Source: Bdellovibrionota bacterium (lineage in GTDB: Bacteria; Bdellovibrionota_C; UBA2361; JAAYZI01). Taken from it: 64,000 bases of DNA. Position numbers and translations under genes: made by a program. The notes below the pieces were generated by a model. It was not told the DNA's origin and did no database searches. It saw only the letters and a list, made by a program, of their open reading frames with translations. The stretch is taken from contig JBMNIF010000003.1 of assembly GCA_050950765.1 (NCBI GenBank), positions 544,001 to 608,000 on the forward strand, in the 5' to 3' direction. Positions 1 to 10,513 of the stretch are shown here, one piece after another. Position 1 is the first letter of the stretch, and each line of letters opens with the position of its first letter.

Positions 1-459
1 CGTAGTTACAGCAACATCCTCTCCCTCTACGGAGAGATCCATCTTTAACGGCTCTACCGTCTCTACTTTTAAATCTTCTTCATATTTATCACGAAGATCT
101 TCAAGAGGTGTTGCTTCTTCTGGCGGTGTAACGCTCACTGTTAAAAGCGATCTCTGTTTAGGATCTACTAAAAGCCCTTCAGAAATCGTTATCTTATCCC
201 CTTTTTTTAGCCTATAACTACTAAGATTCTGATTTAATTTAGCAAGAAGGTGCCAGTTTGCAGCGGAACCTGTCAGTCGACGCGCTACGGAGGCTAAAGT
301 TTCCCCATCCTTTTCAACAGTATAGGTATAATATAAGTCCTGTTTTTGCACACTGCCAACAACATGATCCGAGGCATGACGCTGCCCTCCCCCACTACAC
401 GCAGAAATAAAAATCATCGGCAATATATTCGGCAATATATATAGCAGCTTCTTCTTCAC
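1..459 (-). CDS. LysM-domain lipoprotein (partial, runs off left edge)
   Basis: Not in ORF track. Manual translation from GTG 459 (RBS GAGGG) gives MKKKLLYILPNILPMIFISAC (lipobox-like) then YTVEKDGETLASVARRLTGSAANWHLLAKLN...LKKGDKITI (LysM pattern); frame open to base 1. Confidence 0.7.
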   Translation of the reverse strand, partial: MKKKLLYILPNILPMIFISACSGGGQRHASDHVVGSVQKQDLYYTYTVEKDGETLASVARRLTGSAANWHLLAKLNQNLSSYRLKKGDKITISEGLLVDPKQRSLLTVSVTPPEEATPLEDLRDKYEEDLKVETVEPLKMDLSVEGEDVAVTT

Positions 460-695
460 ACTTTCCCTCGTCTTAAATATATAAAACTTTGTCGGATTTA
501 TGATATCACGACACCGCTAAAAGAGGGATCCCTCTATTGTTCTTTTTAATACGTGTTGCCTTAAAAATAGATGACTCTGAAAATTTATAACGAAATAATA
601 AAGTCTCCTTGCTTTTACAATACTTTTTGCAATACCCTCAAGATCGTTGTTTTTACAACTTCCATAAAAACTAATAGCTACGGAGATTAAATATT

Positions 696-1178
696 ATGAG
701 CCCTCAAGTTTTAATAGTTATCGGATCAAAATCAGACCACGAGGTAATGAAAGAAACCGCCGCCACCTTAACCACCTTCGGTGTAGAATCTGAATACCGT
801 GTAGCCTCCGCACACAGAGCTCCCAAACTCGTTTCCGAGCTAGCTACCACCGCTAAAAAGCGTGGTATAAAAGTTATTATTGCGGGGGCAGGCGCTGCCG
901 CCCACTTAGCTGGTGTTATTGCAGCACAAACCACCCTCCCCGTTATCGGCGTTCCTATGCAAACATCTTCCCTAAACGGGATGGACTCCCTACTTTCAAT
1001 CGTTCAGATGCCAAGCGGAGTTCCCGTTGCGACCGTAGCTATCGGAAAGGCTGGAGCGAAAAATGCTGCCATCTTAGCAGTTCAGATCCTAGCTTTAGCA
1101 GATGAAGCATTAGCTGAACGTTTTGAAGCATTTAAAGCAAAACAGAGTGAAGATGCTCAAAATGTGAGTTTAGAATAA
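696..1178 (+). CDS. purE: N5-carboxyaminoimidazole ribonucleotide mutase PurE
   Basis: GSKSD, SAHR, AGAGAAAHLAG, SIVQMPSGVPVATV motifs; RBS GGAG. Confidence 0.97.
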   Translation: MSPQVLIVIGSKSDHEVMKETAATLTTFGVESEYRVASAHRAPKLVSELATTAKKRGIKVIIAGAGAAAHLAGVIAAQTTLPVIGVPMQTSSLNGMDSLLSIVQMPSGVPVATVAIGKAGAKNAAILAVQILALADEALAERFEAFKAKQSEDAQNVSLE

Positions 1179-1337
1179 GCCTCCTACACAAAAAAATATT
1201 GAAGCTTTTCCTCCCATTTATTCATCTAAGTAATCAGAACTATTTTCTTTTTATGTCGGTCAAGCGATCAAGTCAGAAGAGAAGATATTAAAGTATCGTT
1301 TCTGTTCAGATCTAGATGTTAGAGCGGAGTTTCTGTT

Positions 1338-2033
1338 ATGGCTTCAAATGTTATAATCATTGATGATGACGAGTGTTTCAGAAAGATAGTAGAGCTAAAG
1401 CTACGCTCCTTTATCCCTAATCTGAACTGTCGCATCTTCGAAAATATCGTAACAGCAAGAGCATTTTTACAAGATAACGCACAAGATAATGCACCACAGA
1501 TCGATCTGGTCATCCTTGATGAACATTTACCGGATGGACGTGGTACTGATCTTCTATCAGAAGGGTGGTTTTCAAATCTGGCGGTATTGATGATCAGCTC
1601 CGACACTGCGGCTGAGATGCCAGGAGCTTCGATTGAAGCAGGTGCTATGTTTTTTATAAACAAGGTTCAGGTTCGAGAAGACCTTTTTAAACCTCTTGTC
1701 CTCGGCATTATTGAACGGAGTAAACTTCTAAAAGAGCTCAACGTTGCCAGATCAAAAGCCATCAAAATGGAAACGATAAAAACCTTAATCGCAACTTTAA
1801 AACATGAGATTAACAACCCACTCGGTGCTGTTTTAGGCGCTGCTTACGTTATGCGCAACAATCCTAACGCCGATAAAGAGCAGCTTGAGGCAGCAGAGTT
1901 AGTAGAAGAGAGTGGGCAACGTATAAAACACGTTTTGGATCAATTGTGCCAAGCTGCAGATATTGAGTCCGTCAATAAGGCCAATCATCAAGTCTTTCAG
2001 ATCCCTGGAGATAAACCTTGGGGTGCAAAATAA
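1338..2033 (+). CDS. Receiver + HisKA-dimerisation protein without HATPase domain
   Basis: IIIDDD...LVILDEHLPDGRG...FINK receiver; LKHEINNPL H-box; ends ~75 aa later with no N/G/F boxes. Confidence 0.8.
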   Translation: MASNVIIIDDDECFRKIVELKLRSFIPNLNCRIFENIVTARAFLQDNAQDNAPQIDLVILDEHLPDGRGTDLLSEGWFSNLAVLMISSDTAAEMPGASIEAGAMFFINKVQVREDLFKPLVLGIIERSKLLKELNVARSKAIKMETIKTLIATLKHEINNPLGAVLGAAYVMRNNPNADKEQLEAAELVEESGQRIKHVLDQLCQAADIESVNKANHQVFQIPGDKPWGAK

Positions 2034-2239
2034 GCAACTGAAGACGACTTCACCTTAGAAACTACAAAAAGTAGTTGTGCGATCATTTTTTATGATCAAA
2101 ACAGATAAAAAAGAGGTCTTGCTATCTTTTGTCCTTTTCAAATATATCAGTATAATGACAAAATCTCTGGTCTCTGTTGTCTCCTAATTTTTTAAGTTGT
2201 CTTTTGTGTGGATCAGATCCGACTTTTTGAGGTTTATTT

Positions 2240-2983
2240 ATGAGAAGCAAAAATATTTTTTCAGCAGCTATCCTCTTAGCGTTAGTTATCACCTCTCCTC
2301 TTCAAGCAGAAAGTATCATCGCGCAAGGTGTCGCCGGAGATATGGATTCTCACAGCCGTAGCCCCGTTTTAACTGTTAGCACGGAAACAGCCACAGACAA
2401 TGTAAAGATCTTAGCAGATGCTTACGTTCAAAGCCCTGAGTTCGCCAAATATCCGTTACGTTTTGATTTTTTTATCAATCGCAAACTTTTTGCCAGTCAG
2501 ATCAGATCTCCTGAACTCCCTGGTGCAGTCGGTGTTGATATCGGCCCCGATGTCGCCGTTCCTCCTTTTAATTACGCCGTTGTAGTTGAAATGATCCATC
2601 CAAACAGAACGTTTACAAGTGTTGTGCAAGGTGCCGTTTATGAAAACAACTTAACAAAAGCCTACGCTTGCACGGCTTCTTTAATAACGGAAGATAATCA
2701 AGTGTTAACATTTAGTGACACCTCCGTTGAAGCTCTCCAAACGGCAGGCAACGTTTTTTCAATGACCTTTAATGGTGTTTCAAGTACAAACGATACTTTA
2801 GATCTTACAAGCACCATTACGCTAGCTACGGATAATAAAGCTCTCTATTCTGAATTAAATCTAACTTATAACGGAGAGACTACCAACTTAACAGGTGCAG
2901 GCAGCGCTGAAACAGATGCTAATAGAATTTCCGCATTTGAATTAACATCAAGCGACGGAACATTAACACTTAGGTGCTCTTAA
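2240..2983 (+). CDS. Secreted hypothetical protein (Thr/Ser-rich, beta-rich C-terminus)
   Basis: Signal peptide ending LQA-E; RBS GAGG; 247-aa ORF. Confidence 0.7.
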   Translation: MRSKNIFSAAILLALVITSPLQAESIIAQGVAGDMDSHSRSPVLTVSTETATDNVKILADAYVQSPEFAKYPLRFDFFINRKLFASQIRSPELPGAVGVDIGPDVAVPPFNYAVVVEMIHPNRTFTSVVQGAVYENNLTKAYACTASLITEDNQVLTFSDTSVEALQTAGNVFSMTFNGVSSTNDTLDLTSTITLATDNKALYSELNLTYNGETTNLTGAGSAETDANRISAFELTSSDGTLTLRCS

Positions 2984-3016
2984 TAAATTAAATACTAAAA
3001 GCTCATTAAAGAGTGA

Positions 3017-3048
3017 TAGCCGATGACACCCCTTAATGTTATCGGCTA
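3017..3048 (+). terminator. Hairpin after 2240-2983
   Basis: TAGCCGATGACA...TGTTATCGGCTA inverted repeat. Confidence 0.5.
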
Positions 3049-3060
3049 ATAAAAACAAAA

Positions 3061-3091
3061 TTAGGCGGTACCATTATTTGAGACCGCCTAA
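3061..3091 (-). terminator. Intrinsic terminator of rpmE
   Basis: TTAGGCGGT...ACCGCCTAA stem followed by T-rich tract on minus strand. Confidence 0.65.
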
Positions 3092-3121
3092 GAAACTTGA
3101 AAATCACAAGTAGACTAAAAA

Positions 3122-3346
3122 CTATTTTTTAGCAACTTTAGCTTGATAATCTTTAAATTTAGCTTTGAACTTATCAATACGTCCTTCAGTATCGACGATC
3201 TTCTGCTTGCCGGTATAAAACGGATGACACTCGGCACAAACGTTGATATGAACTTCCGGAACTGCGGCACCTATCGTAAAAGTATTGCCACAACCACCAC
3301 AAGTAACTTGGCACTGATAATATTTAGGATGAATATTCTCTTTCAT
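3122..3346 (-). CDS. rpmE: 50S ribosomal protein L31 (Zn-binding type)
   Basis: MKENIHPKY...CGGCGN...CAECHPFYTGKQKIVDTEGRIDKF. Confidence 0.97.
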   Translation of the reverse strand: MKENIHPKYYQCQVTCGGCGNTFTIGAAVPEVHINVCAECHPFYTGKQKIVDTEGRIDKFKAKFKDYQAKVAKK

Positions 3347-3409
3347 GACGACAACCTCGAAAAAATGCTACATAGCGCTGCGTATTTGTATAAAAGTACG
3401 CAAAAAGAG

Positions 3410-3820
3410 TCAAGACTCCGCAACGCCCTTCAAAAACGCCTCTTCAAAATCAGTAGATATAGCTATCGCTCGCTTTAACTGACTGGAAAGACACATAAAC
3501 TCAACTTTAGCCACCACAGCATCCTTACCCTTTGGATTGATAATACGTTGTGAAACAACAACTCTTCTTTTATCAAGCATTTGCGGATTTTCAACGGTAA
3601 CTAAATGGAGCCCCTCTTTAACCTCTCGTTTATACTTTACTTCTATGGCAGAGACCACCAGCAACAAGCCCTGATCTATAAAATAGCTTAATGGGAATCC
3701 GACCGCACTTAAATATTCACACCTACTCCGTTCTAAATAACGCAACATCTCTCCGTGATGGACGTGATAATACGGCGGCTCAAAAACATCTTCTGTAACT
3801 TCAACTTCAATCTTAAACAT
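3410..3820 (-). CDS. Acyl-CoA thioesterase (YbgC/4HBT hot-dog fold)
   Basis: HVHHGEMLRYLERSRCEYL...VVSAIEVKYKRE; start taken at ATG 3820 (ORF open to 3847). Confidence 0.75.
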   Translation of the reverse strand: MFKIEVEVTEDVFEPPYYHVHHGEMLRYLERSRCEYLSAVGFPLSYFIDQGLLLVVSAIEVKYKREVKEGLHLVTVENPQMLDKRRVVVSQRIINPKGKDAVVAKVEFMCLSSQLKRAIAISTDFEEAFLKGVAES

Positions 3821-3878
3821 CTTACACCCAACAATCACTAATCTCAATTTCTGTTTTTAAAAAATAGGAACGTCAAAG

Positions 3879-6254
3879 TTATATTAACGCATGCTCTAAG
3901 ACTTCATCAATAGAACTGACGGTAATAAAGTGTACTTTATCTCGTTGTGCCTTAGGAATTTCTTCCAAATCCTTAATATTTTCTGCAGGAATAATAATCT
4001 TTTTTATTCCGAAACGGATAGCAGCTAAAGCCTTCTCCTTAATTCCACCTACACCCAAGACCTGTCCACGTAACGTGATCTCTCCCGTCATTGCGATACC
4101 TTTTGAAACTTTCCTATCACAGAGCGCTGAAACAAGCGCAGTAACTATCGTTACTCCGGCTGAAGGCCCATCCTTCGGTGTAGCACCGTGCGGTACATGA
4201 ATATGAATATCCGTATGTTGATAAAAATCAGGATCTATCCCCAATGTCATAGCGTTAGCGCGTGCATAAAACATAGCCGCTTTTGCTGATTCCTGCATAA
4301 CGTTTCCAAGATGTCCCGTTAAAGTCAGTTCGCCTTTACCACTCGCTATCTGCGCCTCTATCGGCATAACTTCACCCCCCATCACGGTCCAAGCAAGTCC
4401 GTTAGCAACACCGACGCTATCTTCTTTTAGCCCCTGCTCCGCTTCATATTTCGTCACACCTAAAAGTTTTACTACCTTTTCTCTATCAATATTTTTTTCA
4501 ATCTTTGAAGTTTCTACCAACTCTCGCGCCAACTTTCGGCATAATGATGCGATCTCCCGATCAAGATTTCTTACACCCGCTTCTCTTGTATAGTGTTCAA
4601 TCAAATAGATGATAGCATCCTTTTCAAAGGTTATTTTCTGCTTTGAAAGCCCCTGCGCTTCGATCTGTCTCGGGATTAAAAATTTCTTAGCGATATTAAA
4701 TTTACTCTCAGTGGTGTAGCCGCTGATGTAAATCACCTCTAAGCGATCTAAGAGAGCATCAGGGATAGTATCTACCGTATTAGCTGTGGCAACAAACAAC
4801 ACATCCGAGAGATCAAACGGTAAGTTTAAATAGTGATCTCTAAACTGTTTATTCTGTTCTGGATCTAAGATCTCCAAGAGTGCTGCTGCTGGATCTCCCC
4901 GATAATCAGCACCGACCTTATCCAATTCATCCAAGACAAAAACGGGATTACAACTCTTAACCTCCTTCAACCCCTGAATGATCCTTCCTGGTAGGGCTCC
5001 AACATACGTCCTGCGGTGTCCTCGAATCTCCGCTTCATCACGCACACCACCCAGAGACATTCTAAAAAACTTTCTATTCAGTGCTCGTGCTATGGAACGT
5101 CCTAAGGAAGTTTTACCAACTCCTGGGGGACCTACAAAACACAAGATCGGCCCTTTGGAATCATCTTTTAACTTTCTAACACTTAGATACTCAAGGATAC
5201 GGTCTTTAGGTTGTTCCAATCCGAAGTGATCAGCATTCAAGATCTTTTTAGCAGCTGCTAAATCAATCGTATCAACTGTTTTTTCATTCCACGGTAAATC
5301 TACGATCCACTCCAGATAAGTTCGCAACATAGCATATTCGCTACTTTCCGGATGCATTCTTTCTAAACGCGCCAACTGTTTATCCGCTTCCAGCCTAACC
5401 TCATCTGAAAAATCCTTATTGGCTAAGGCATTTTTCAAGACTGCGATATCTTCGGAAGAACCGTTAGCACCACCGAGCACCTGCTGAATCTGTCGCAGCT
5501 GTTCGCGCAGATAATATTGATTTTGCTCATCTATTAAAGCTTCTTCAGTGCGTGCCTTTATCTCTCGCATTGCAAGAGCACCTTTTAAATGTTCAGAAAT
5601 AAGTTTACCCGCAGCCTCTAAAAGCTCCAGCGGAGTAGCTTTTTCCAAGAGCTCCTGTGCTGCCTTAGAATCTAATCTAAAATGAGCGAGTATCACGTAA
5701 GCTATTGAGATAGGATCGTTAACATCTTCTAAAACTAACGACATCTCTTCTGGTGCCTGCCCGCAACTAACCAAAAACTCCACATTTTGCAAAATCGCCG
5801 TTGTTAACTCTTTAACACGTCGATTCCTCATCGAAAGCGAAGCGCTTTTTGAAATTTTAATCTGTGCTGAAATCAAATTTTTAACTGTTTTGTATTGAAC
5901 AACTTTCGCTTTTGTAATTCCTTGCAAAATTAGTTTAATCTGACCTTTTTCCAGATTAAACATCCTTATAATGGAAGCAACGACACCGACCTTGTACAAG
6001 TTGGCACAGATGTCTTCTGAATTGGCTACTTCTTTTTCAGCAACAAGTAGAACTAGACCCTCATGTTTTGCCGCATACTCTAAGGCTTTTATCCCCTCTT
6101 CTCTCTCAAGACAAACTGCCATCACTACTTCCGGAAAGGGAACCATATCACCCGTTGGCATTACCGCTAATTTTTCAGGGATATCTATCGTTTTCACTTC
6201 ACAACTAACGGGCTCTGATGTTTTCTTCTTTGTCTTCTTTACTTTTACCGCCAT
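3879..6254 (-). CDS. lon: ATP-dependent Lon protease
   Basis: GPPGVGKTS, RTYVGALPGRII, KDGPSAG (catalytic Ser), GGIKEK (catalytic Lys). Confidence 0.97.
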   Translation of the reverse strand: MAVKVKKTKKKTSEPVSCEVKTIDIPEKLAVMPTGDMVPFPEVVMAVCLEREEGIKALEYAAKHEGLVLLVAEKEVANSEDICANLYKVGVVASIIRMFNLEKGQIKLILQGITKAKVVQYKTVKNLISAQIKISKSASLSMRNRRVKELTTAILQNVEFLVSCGQAPEEMSLVLEDVNDPISIAYVILAHFRLDSKAAQELLEKATPLELLEAAGKLISEHLKGALAMREIKARTEEALIDEQNQYYLREQLRQIQQVLGGANGSSEDIAVLKNALANKDFSDEVRLEADKQLARLERMHPESSEYAMLRTYLEWIVDLPWNEKTVDTIDLAAAKKILNADHFGLEQPKDRILEYLSVRKLKDDSKGPILCFVGPPGVGKTSLGRSIARALNRKFFRMSLGGVRDEAEIRGHRRTYVGALPGRIIQGLKEVKSCNPVFVLDELDKVGADYRGDPAAALLEILDPEQNKQFRDHYLNLPFDLSDVLFVATANTVDTIPDALLDRLEVIYISGYTTESKFNIAKKFLIPRQIEAQGLSKQKITFEKDAIIYLIEHYTREAGVRNLDREIASLCRKLARELVETSKIEKNIDREKVVKLLGVTKYEAEQGLKEDSVGVANGLAWTVMGGEVMPIEAQIASGKGELTLTGHLGNVMQESAKAAMFYARANAMTLGIDPDFYQHTDIHIHVPHGATPKDGPSAGVTIVTALVSALCDRKVSKGIAMTGEITLRGQVLGVGGIKEKALAAIRFGIKKIIIPAENIKDLEEIPKAQRDKVHFITVSSIDEVLEHALI

Positions 6255-6315
6255 AAAAAACCTCGCTCTACCTCTATAAAATCATCCTATCTTTTTGCCC
6301 GCTATCCTCTCACGC

Positions 6316-8166
6316 TTATCTTCCGACATACATCGGTGAAGCTTGCGCCTTATTAAGATGCACAAAGGTACCGTTTTGATATTGAATAACCGCCAATTTT
6401 CTAAACAATTCTCCGTTCCCGCTATAAGCGATCACTCCTGTCACTCCGTTATAATGATCGATCTCTTGTAATGCCTGTACAAACGACATCCCCGTTGATC
6501 TCTGTTTTTGCAAAGCAGCCACAACCAACGTTGCAACATCAAAACCTTGTGCTGCCATAAAATCAGGAGCACTTCCAAAACGACGTTGGTACGTCGTAAC
6601 GAAATTTTGCACCAACTGATCTGTGTCCTGCATAAAGAACGGCGTCACAAAAATCGCATTGTTCATCAATTGTTTGGAGCGTGCTAATTTATCGGCATCA
6701 TCCCAAGCGGGAGTACCTAATAGTTTTATCCGTGCCCGCAACTGTTCAGGAAGCGCTTGCATAAATGTAACTGCACTATCGATATCTGCCGGAAAGAAAA
6801 CTCCTTCTACATCCAACTGTTGCAGTGCTTGTCCAACCGACATAAACGAAGCACTATCAGCGACGTGATAAGATGCTTCATAAACAACTTCTAAACGCAT
6901 CCTTCCTGCTATAATTTTAAAGATATTGGCATACTCAAATCCGTTTTCATTAGCAGGGTAGATCAAGGCATACTTTGTCATCCCTAAGGTAGCATAAGTT
7001 TTTTCCAGCAACGACATTACCTGCGACGGCGTTGTTGTTCCTAAACGAAAGACACTACCACCTGCTGCAAAATCACTTTTTTTAGATAGCGCCACCATCG
7101 GAATATTATTTTGTGCAGCGACAGTAGCGGCAGCGGCTGCTGGAGTTGCTAGTAATGGTCCAATCACAACTGAGGCTTCACGTCGAACCACCATTTCATT
7201 GATGTGTCTTGTAGCCTGCGCAGCATCTCCCTTAGTATCAAGATAATTAACGGTGATACCATCATTCCTACCATCAAGCACCAAAGAGATACCGTTACGA
7301 GAGCTTGTTCCCAGCCTGCCATAAGGACCTGTCAAAGGTAGTAACGCCACGATATTTGCAGGTTGCTGAATAGTAGTTGTAGCCGCTGTTGCTGAATCGG
7401 GAGCACCTCCAACGCTACCCAGCATATTTGTAGCACCATCGTGTGGCGTTAAAGTTTCAGCACGCCTCCTATTTTCTCGTCCGATAGCACCACTGATAAA
7501 AGTATCTGAAAGCCACTGCGACGGTAGATCATACAACTTTTCATCTGAGAGGCTACGCAAAATAAGATCAACTCCCGTCCGTGCAGAAGTAGAAATTTTA
7601 GCGTTGCCTGCTGCCGTTCTAAAAGCGCGTGATAACCAAGCTAAAGCTTGATTGATATCGCCCGATCTGCCGTAAGCATAACCAAAGACTATTGAGAATG
7701 GTGGTTTTACGGTATCAACTCCCCTCCCTTCCTGTGCAAAGTATTTACTTAAAATAGCGAGAGACTCTCGCGCTCTATCTTGAGAGAGTTCCGCTGCAGA
7801 GATTCGTAGTATAGCCACCTCTTCTTCTGCCGGAGAAAGGATATCCCCTGCCGTCTCCGCCTTTAAGTATTCTCCTATCGCTTGATTCTTTAAACCTTGA
7901 CTGAAATATTCATCACCCAAAGCAAGAAAACGGTTCTGCAATGGACGACCGTACAGATCATAACCTAAGGAGAAGACCTCCCACGGTTTTTCATCTCTTC
8001 TAGCAGCAAGAGTTTCATTTTCAGGTAATTTTATATCAGTTGTTTTATCTGGAAGAGTTACAGAATTAACGTGAGGCTCTCCATAATAGTGATCCGGTGT
8101 TTGATAACAGGCGGAAAGGAGAGCCAGCATCATTATCATAATAATAAAGTATAAACGATTTCTCAT
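6316..8166 (-). CDS. LpoA/LppC-like lipoprotein (TPR + periplasmic-binding-protein fold)
   Basis: Lipobox LLSAC after ATG 8166; IVALLPLTGPYGRLG, VIGPL, AAQGFD, YNGVTG. Confidence 0.8.
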   Translation of the reverse strand: MRNRLYFIIMIMMLALLSACYQTPDHYYGEPHVNSVTLPDKTTDIKLPENETLAARRDEKPWEVFSLGYDLYGRPLQNRFLALGDEYFSQGLKNQAIGEYLKAETAGDILSPAEEEVAILRISAAELSQDRARESLAILSKYFAQEGRGVDTVKPPFSIVFGYAYGRSGDINQALAWLSRAFRTAAGNAKISTSARTGVDLILRSLSDEKLYDLPSQWLSDTFISGAIGRENRRRAETLTPHDGATNMLGSVGGAPDSATAATTTIQQPANIVALLPLTGPYGRLGTSSRNGISLVLDGRNDGITVNYLDTKGDAAQATRHINEMVVRREASVVIGPLLATPAAAAATVAAQNNIPMVALSKKSDFAAGGSVFRLGTTTPSQVMSLLEKTYATLGMTKYALIYPANENGFEYANIFKIIAGRMRLEVVYEASYHVADSASFMSVGQALQQLDVEGVFFPADIDSAVTFMQALPEQLRARIKLLGTPAWDDADKLARSKQLMNNAIFVTPFFMQDTDQLVQNFVTTYQRRFGSAPDFMAAQGFDVATLVVAALQKQRSTGMSFVQALQEIDHYNGVTGVIAYSGNGELFRKLAVIQYQNGTFVHLNKAQASPMYVGR

Positions 8167-8538
8167 TGTAACAATCCTCTTAGCAAGTTCTAACAACGAC
8201 ATTTGCAGCCATACCGGTATGATCTTAACGCTGCCGCAACAGGTATATGCAAAAAATACGATAATTCTCTTAATTATCAATCGAGTGCCCTTTGTATGGC
8301 AACAGTAGTTTTGCACAATAGTGATAGATCAGATAGAGAAAATAGTGCGCAGAGAATGTCGACAAAAAACTTACAGGAAGAATAAAAATCGTCCGTCAGA
8401 TGCAACAATAAAAGTAAACAAAAATAAGAAGTTAGCACATTTTAGCAAGTGGCATTAATTTTATCTTTAGAATCCGTTTACAAGCTCCGATGATTATATA
8501 GTAGGGAAGGTACATATAAGGTGTACGCGCTTTATTAG

Positions 8539-9669
8539 ATGGAGACGTGTGTGGTGTCAGATGGTCGAGCTTCCATATTAGTTGTTGATGACAACCCTTT
8601 AATAGTCAACGTTCTTACGAGTTTACTTTCGTCACAAGATTATGATGTTTACTCATCAGCCAATGGCAAAGAAGCTTCTGATCTTTTAGAACATCACTCT
8701 GTCGACGTTATTGTCTGTGATGTAATGATGCCCGAGATGGATGGTTACGCTTTTCACGACTATGTTAGAAGCAAAGCTGAACTATCTCACATCCCGTTCG
8801 TTTTTCTAACAGCACTAGGAAGCTCTGGCGAATTGAATCACGGTCGAGAGTCAGGTGCTGATGACTACCTTGTTAAACCGTTTAACCCGCAAGACCTACT
8901 ATCTATTGTTAAGGGCAAGGTCATTCGCTCAAAGAGATTAAAAGCGCTTTCAGAGGAACGGTATGAATCTTTTCGAAAACGGGTCATTCACACCCTTTCT
9001 CATGAATTCAGAACACCTCTGGTTGCCATCAATACAGGGACGGAGTTACTTTTAGAGAATAAAGAGAAGTTCGAAGAGGTTTCGGAGCATGCCACAAAGC
9101 TTATTACTGCCATTCAGCACGGCGGTCAACGCTTGGAGAAACTTGTTACAGATTTCATGTTGCTGCAACAGTTGGAAGCAGGTGTCGCTCAGAGACTTTA
9201 TGAAAGTCGTGCTCAAAACTACACAGCAAAAGAGTTGATGGATGATCTACACTCATCAAATGAGTTGGAGCTACTAAAAGCCGGAGTGCAATTTTCCACC
9301 GTTGTTCAAGCACCTGATGCACAGATAAAGATCTTTGAGCCGCAAATTTTAGATGCACTTGGACGTTTGATTAATAATTCCATAAAATTTTCACAAGATA
9401 TAAAAGAGATTGAAGGTGTCTCATATACGAAAAATGATAAGGTATATTTTGAGATTAGAGATAGAGGCATCGGCATAGACCCCTCTCAGATTCAGGAAGC
9501 TCTCGCTGTATTCGGGCAGATTGATAGAGACACTATGGAACAACAGGGTGGCGGTATGGGGTTGGCGATAGCTGCTCGCTACGTCAAAATAAATAACGGC
9601 TCTCTTGAGTTTCATAAAAGAGATGGTGGAGGATCAATCGTCGCCGTAGTCCTTCCACTTATAGTTTAA
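8539..9669 (+). CDS. Hybrid response regulator/histidine kinase
   Basis: ILVVDD...CDVMMPEMDG...LVKPF; LSHEFRTPL; NNSIKFS, DRGIGI, GGGMGLAI. Confidence 0.93.
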   Translation: METCVVSDGRASILVVDDNPLIVNVLTSLLSSQDYDVYSSANGKEASDLLEHHSVDVIVCDVMMPEMDGYAFHDYVRSKAELSHIPFVFLTALGSSGELNHGRESGADDYLVKPFNPQDLLSIVKGKVIRSKRLKALSEERYESFRKRVIHTLSHEFRTPLVAINTGTELLLENKEKFEEVSEHATKLITAIQHGGQRLEKLVTDFMLLQQLEAGVAQRLYESRAQNYTAKELMDDLHSSNELELLKAGVQFSTVVQAPDAQIKIFEPQILDALGRLINNSIKFSQDIKEIEGVSYTKNDKVYFEIRDRGIGIDPSQIQEALAVFGQIDRDTMEQQGGGMGLAIAARYVKINNGSLEFHKRDGGGSIVAVVLPLIV

Positions 9670-9843
9670 CTCTGCAACTTCTATTTTATTTTTAAAAGTT
9701 AGTGGTAAAAGATCTCTCTATTTAAACTTTTAATAGTTATTTTTTGCGATTAAAAATTCAATAGCCTTTATTAGAATTAAGAAACAGTCACTTTATAGTA
9801 TAGATAATGGAAAGAAGTAGTCGCGTTTTTTAAGAACCTCCTC

Positions 9844-9888
9844 GCGAGGGCTTATTCTGAAAAAAGTTTTCCAGAACAAGCCACTCGC
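9844..9888 (-). terminator. Long hairpin downstream of small membrane ORFs
   Basis: GCGAGGGCTTATTCTG...CAGAACAAGCCACTCGC imperfect inverted repeat. Confidence 0.45.
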
Positions 9889-9916
9889 AAAAAGAATTGT
9901 TAACTCCTCTCAGTGC

Positions 9917-10345
9917 TTAGTTGGGCACTAAAGAAAAAAGGAAGTAGTAACCAGCCGCAGCCAGAGAAATAACTAGGGTACCCACAAAAACTACAACCAC
10001 GACCCTAAATGCCTCTTTGACAAGATCTTCTTTTTTTTCGCTGGGTTCGAATCGTAGGCGAATAAGGCAAGTCAGTATGAGAAACGGTGCAACTGATACG
10101 GTAAGTACGGCTAATATGGCTAATATGGCTAATCCAAGACTGGGATCATAATAAATATGGACACAACCCAGCACAACCAGAATAACAACCAAAATAACCA
10201 TAAAACCGAAACCCTCGTTCCCGAATACCTCTTCGACAAGATATCTAAGACCTTCTTTTTTGCCGAGTTTGAATACCAAGGGAGAGAAGCGAGTCAGTAA
10301 CGCTGCAACAAACACCGCAACTAATCCGACTAATAGGGCTTCCAT
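9917..10345 (-). CDS. Small orphan membrane protein (~4 TM)
   Basis: Start reassigned to ATG 10345 behind RBS AAAGGAGG; hydrophobic segments. Confidence 0.65.
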   Translation of the reverse strand: MEALLVGLVAVFVAALLTRFSPLVFKLGKKEGLRYLVEEVFGNEGFGFMVILVVILVVLGCVHIYYDPSLGLAILAILAVLTVSVAPFLILTCLIRLRFEPSEKKEDLVKEAFRVVVVVFVGTLVISLAAAGYYFLFSLVPN

Positions 10346-10365
10346 ATTGAAACCTCCTTTACTTT

Positions 10366-10388
10366 GTGCAGTTTGACCTACATTAGAA
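10366..10388 (-). repeat. 23-bp leader motif, copy 1 (TTCTAATGYAGGTCAAACTGCAC)
   Basis: 22/23 identical to 10855-10877; both lie just upstream of an AAAGGAG RBS. Confidence 0.8.
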
Positions 10389-10513
10389 ACGTAGGTTTGT
10401 TCGTCTTCCGTCTTCAATAAGAAAACGGAATTCCTATCCATAACCAACAAGGTGATAAAGAAGAGATAAGCCTCCTCTTCCTCTTGAGGGTTCTTAAAGT
10501 AAGTGCTCAATTT

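Noticed and set aside
418..10134. Micro-duplications at ~418-440 (12 bp), ~1468-1495 (QDNAQDNA) and ~10109-10133 (9 bp x3)
   Set aside because: Short in-frame slippage events with no sign of function or phase variation.
10346..10510. N-terminal 55 codons of track ORF 9917-10510
   Set aside because: TTG start without RBS; the stretch contains hairpins and the shared leader motif, and a strong RBS precedes ATG 10345.
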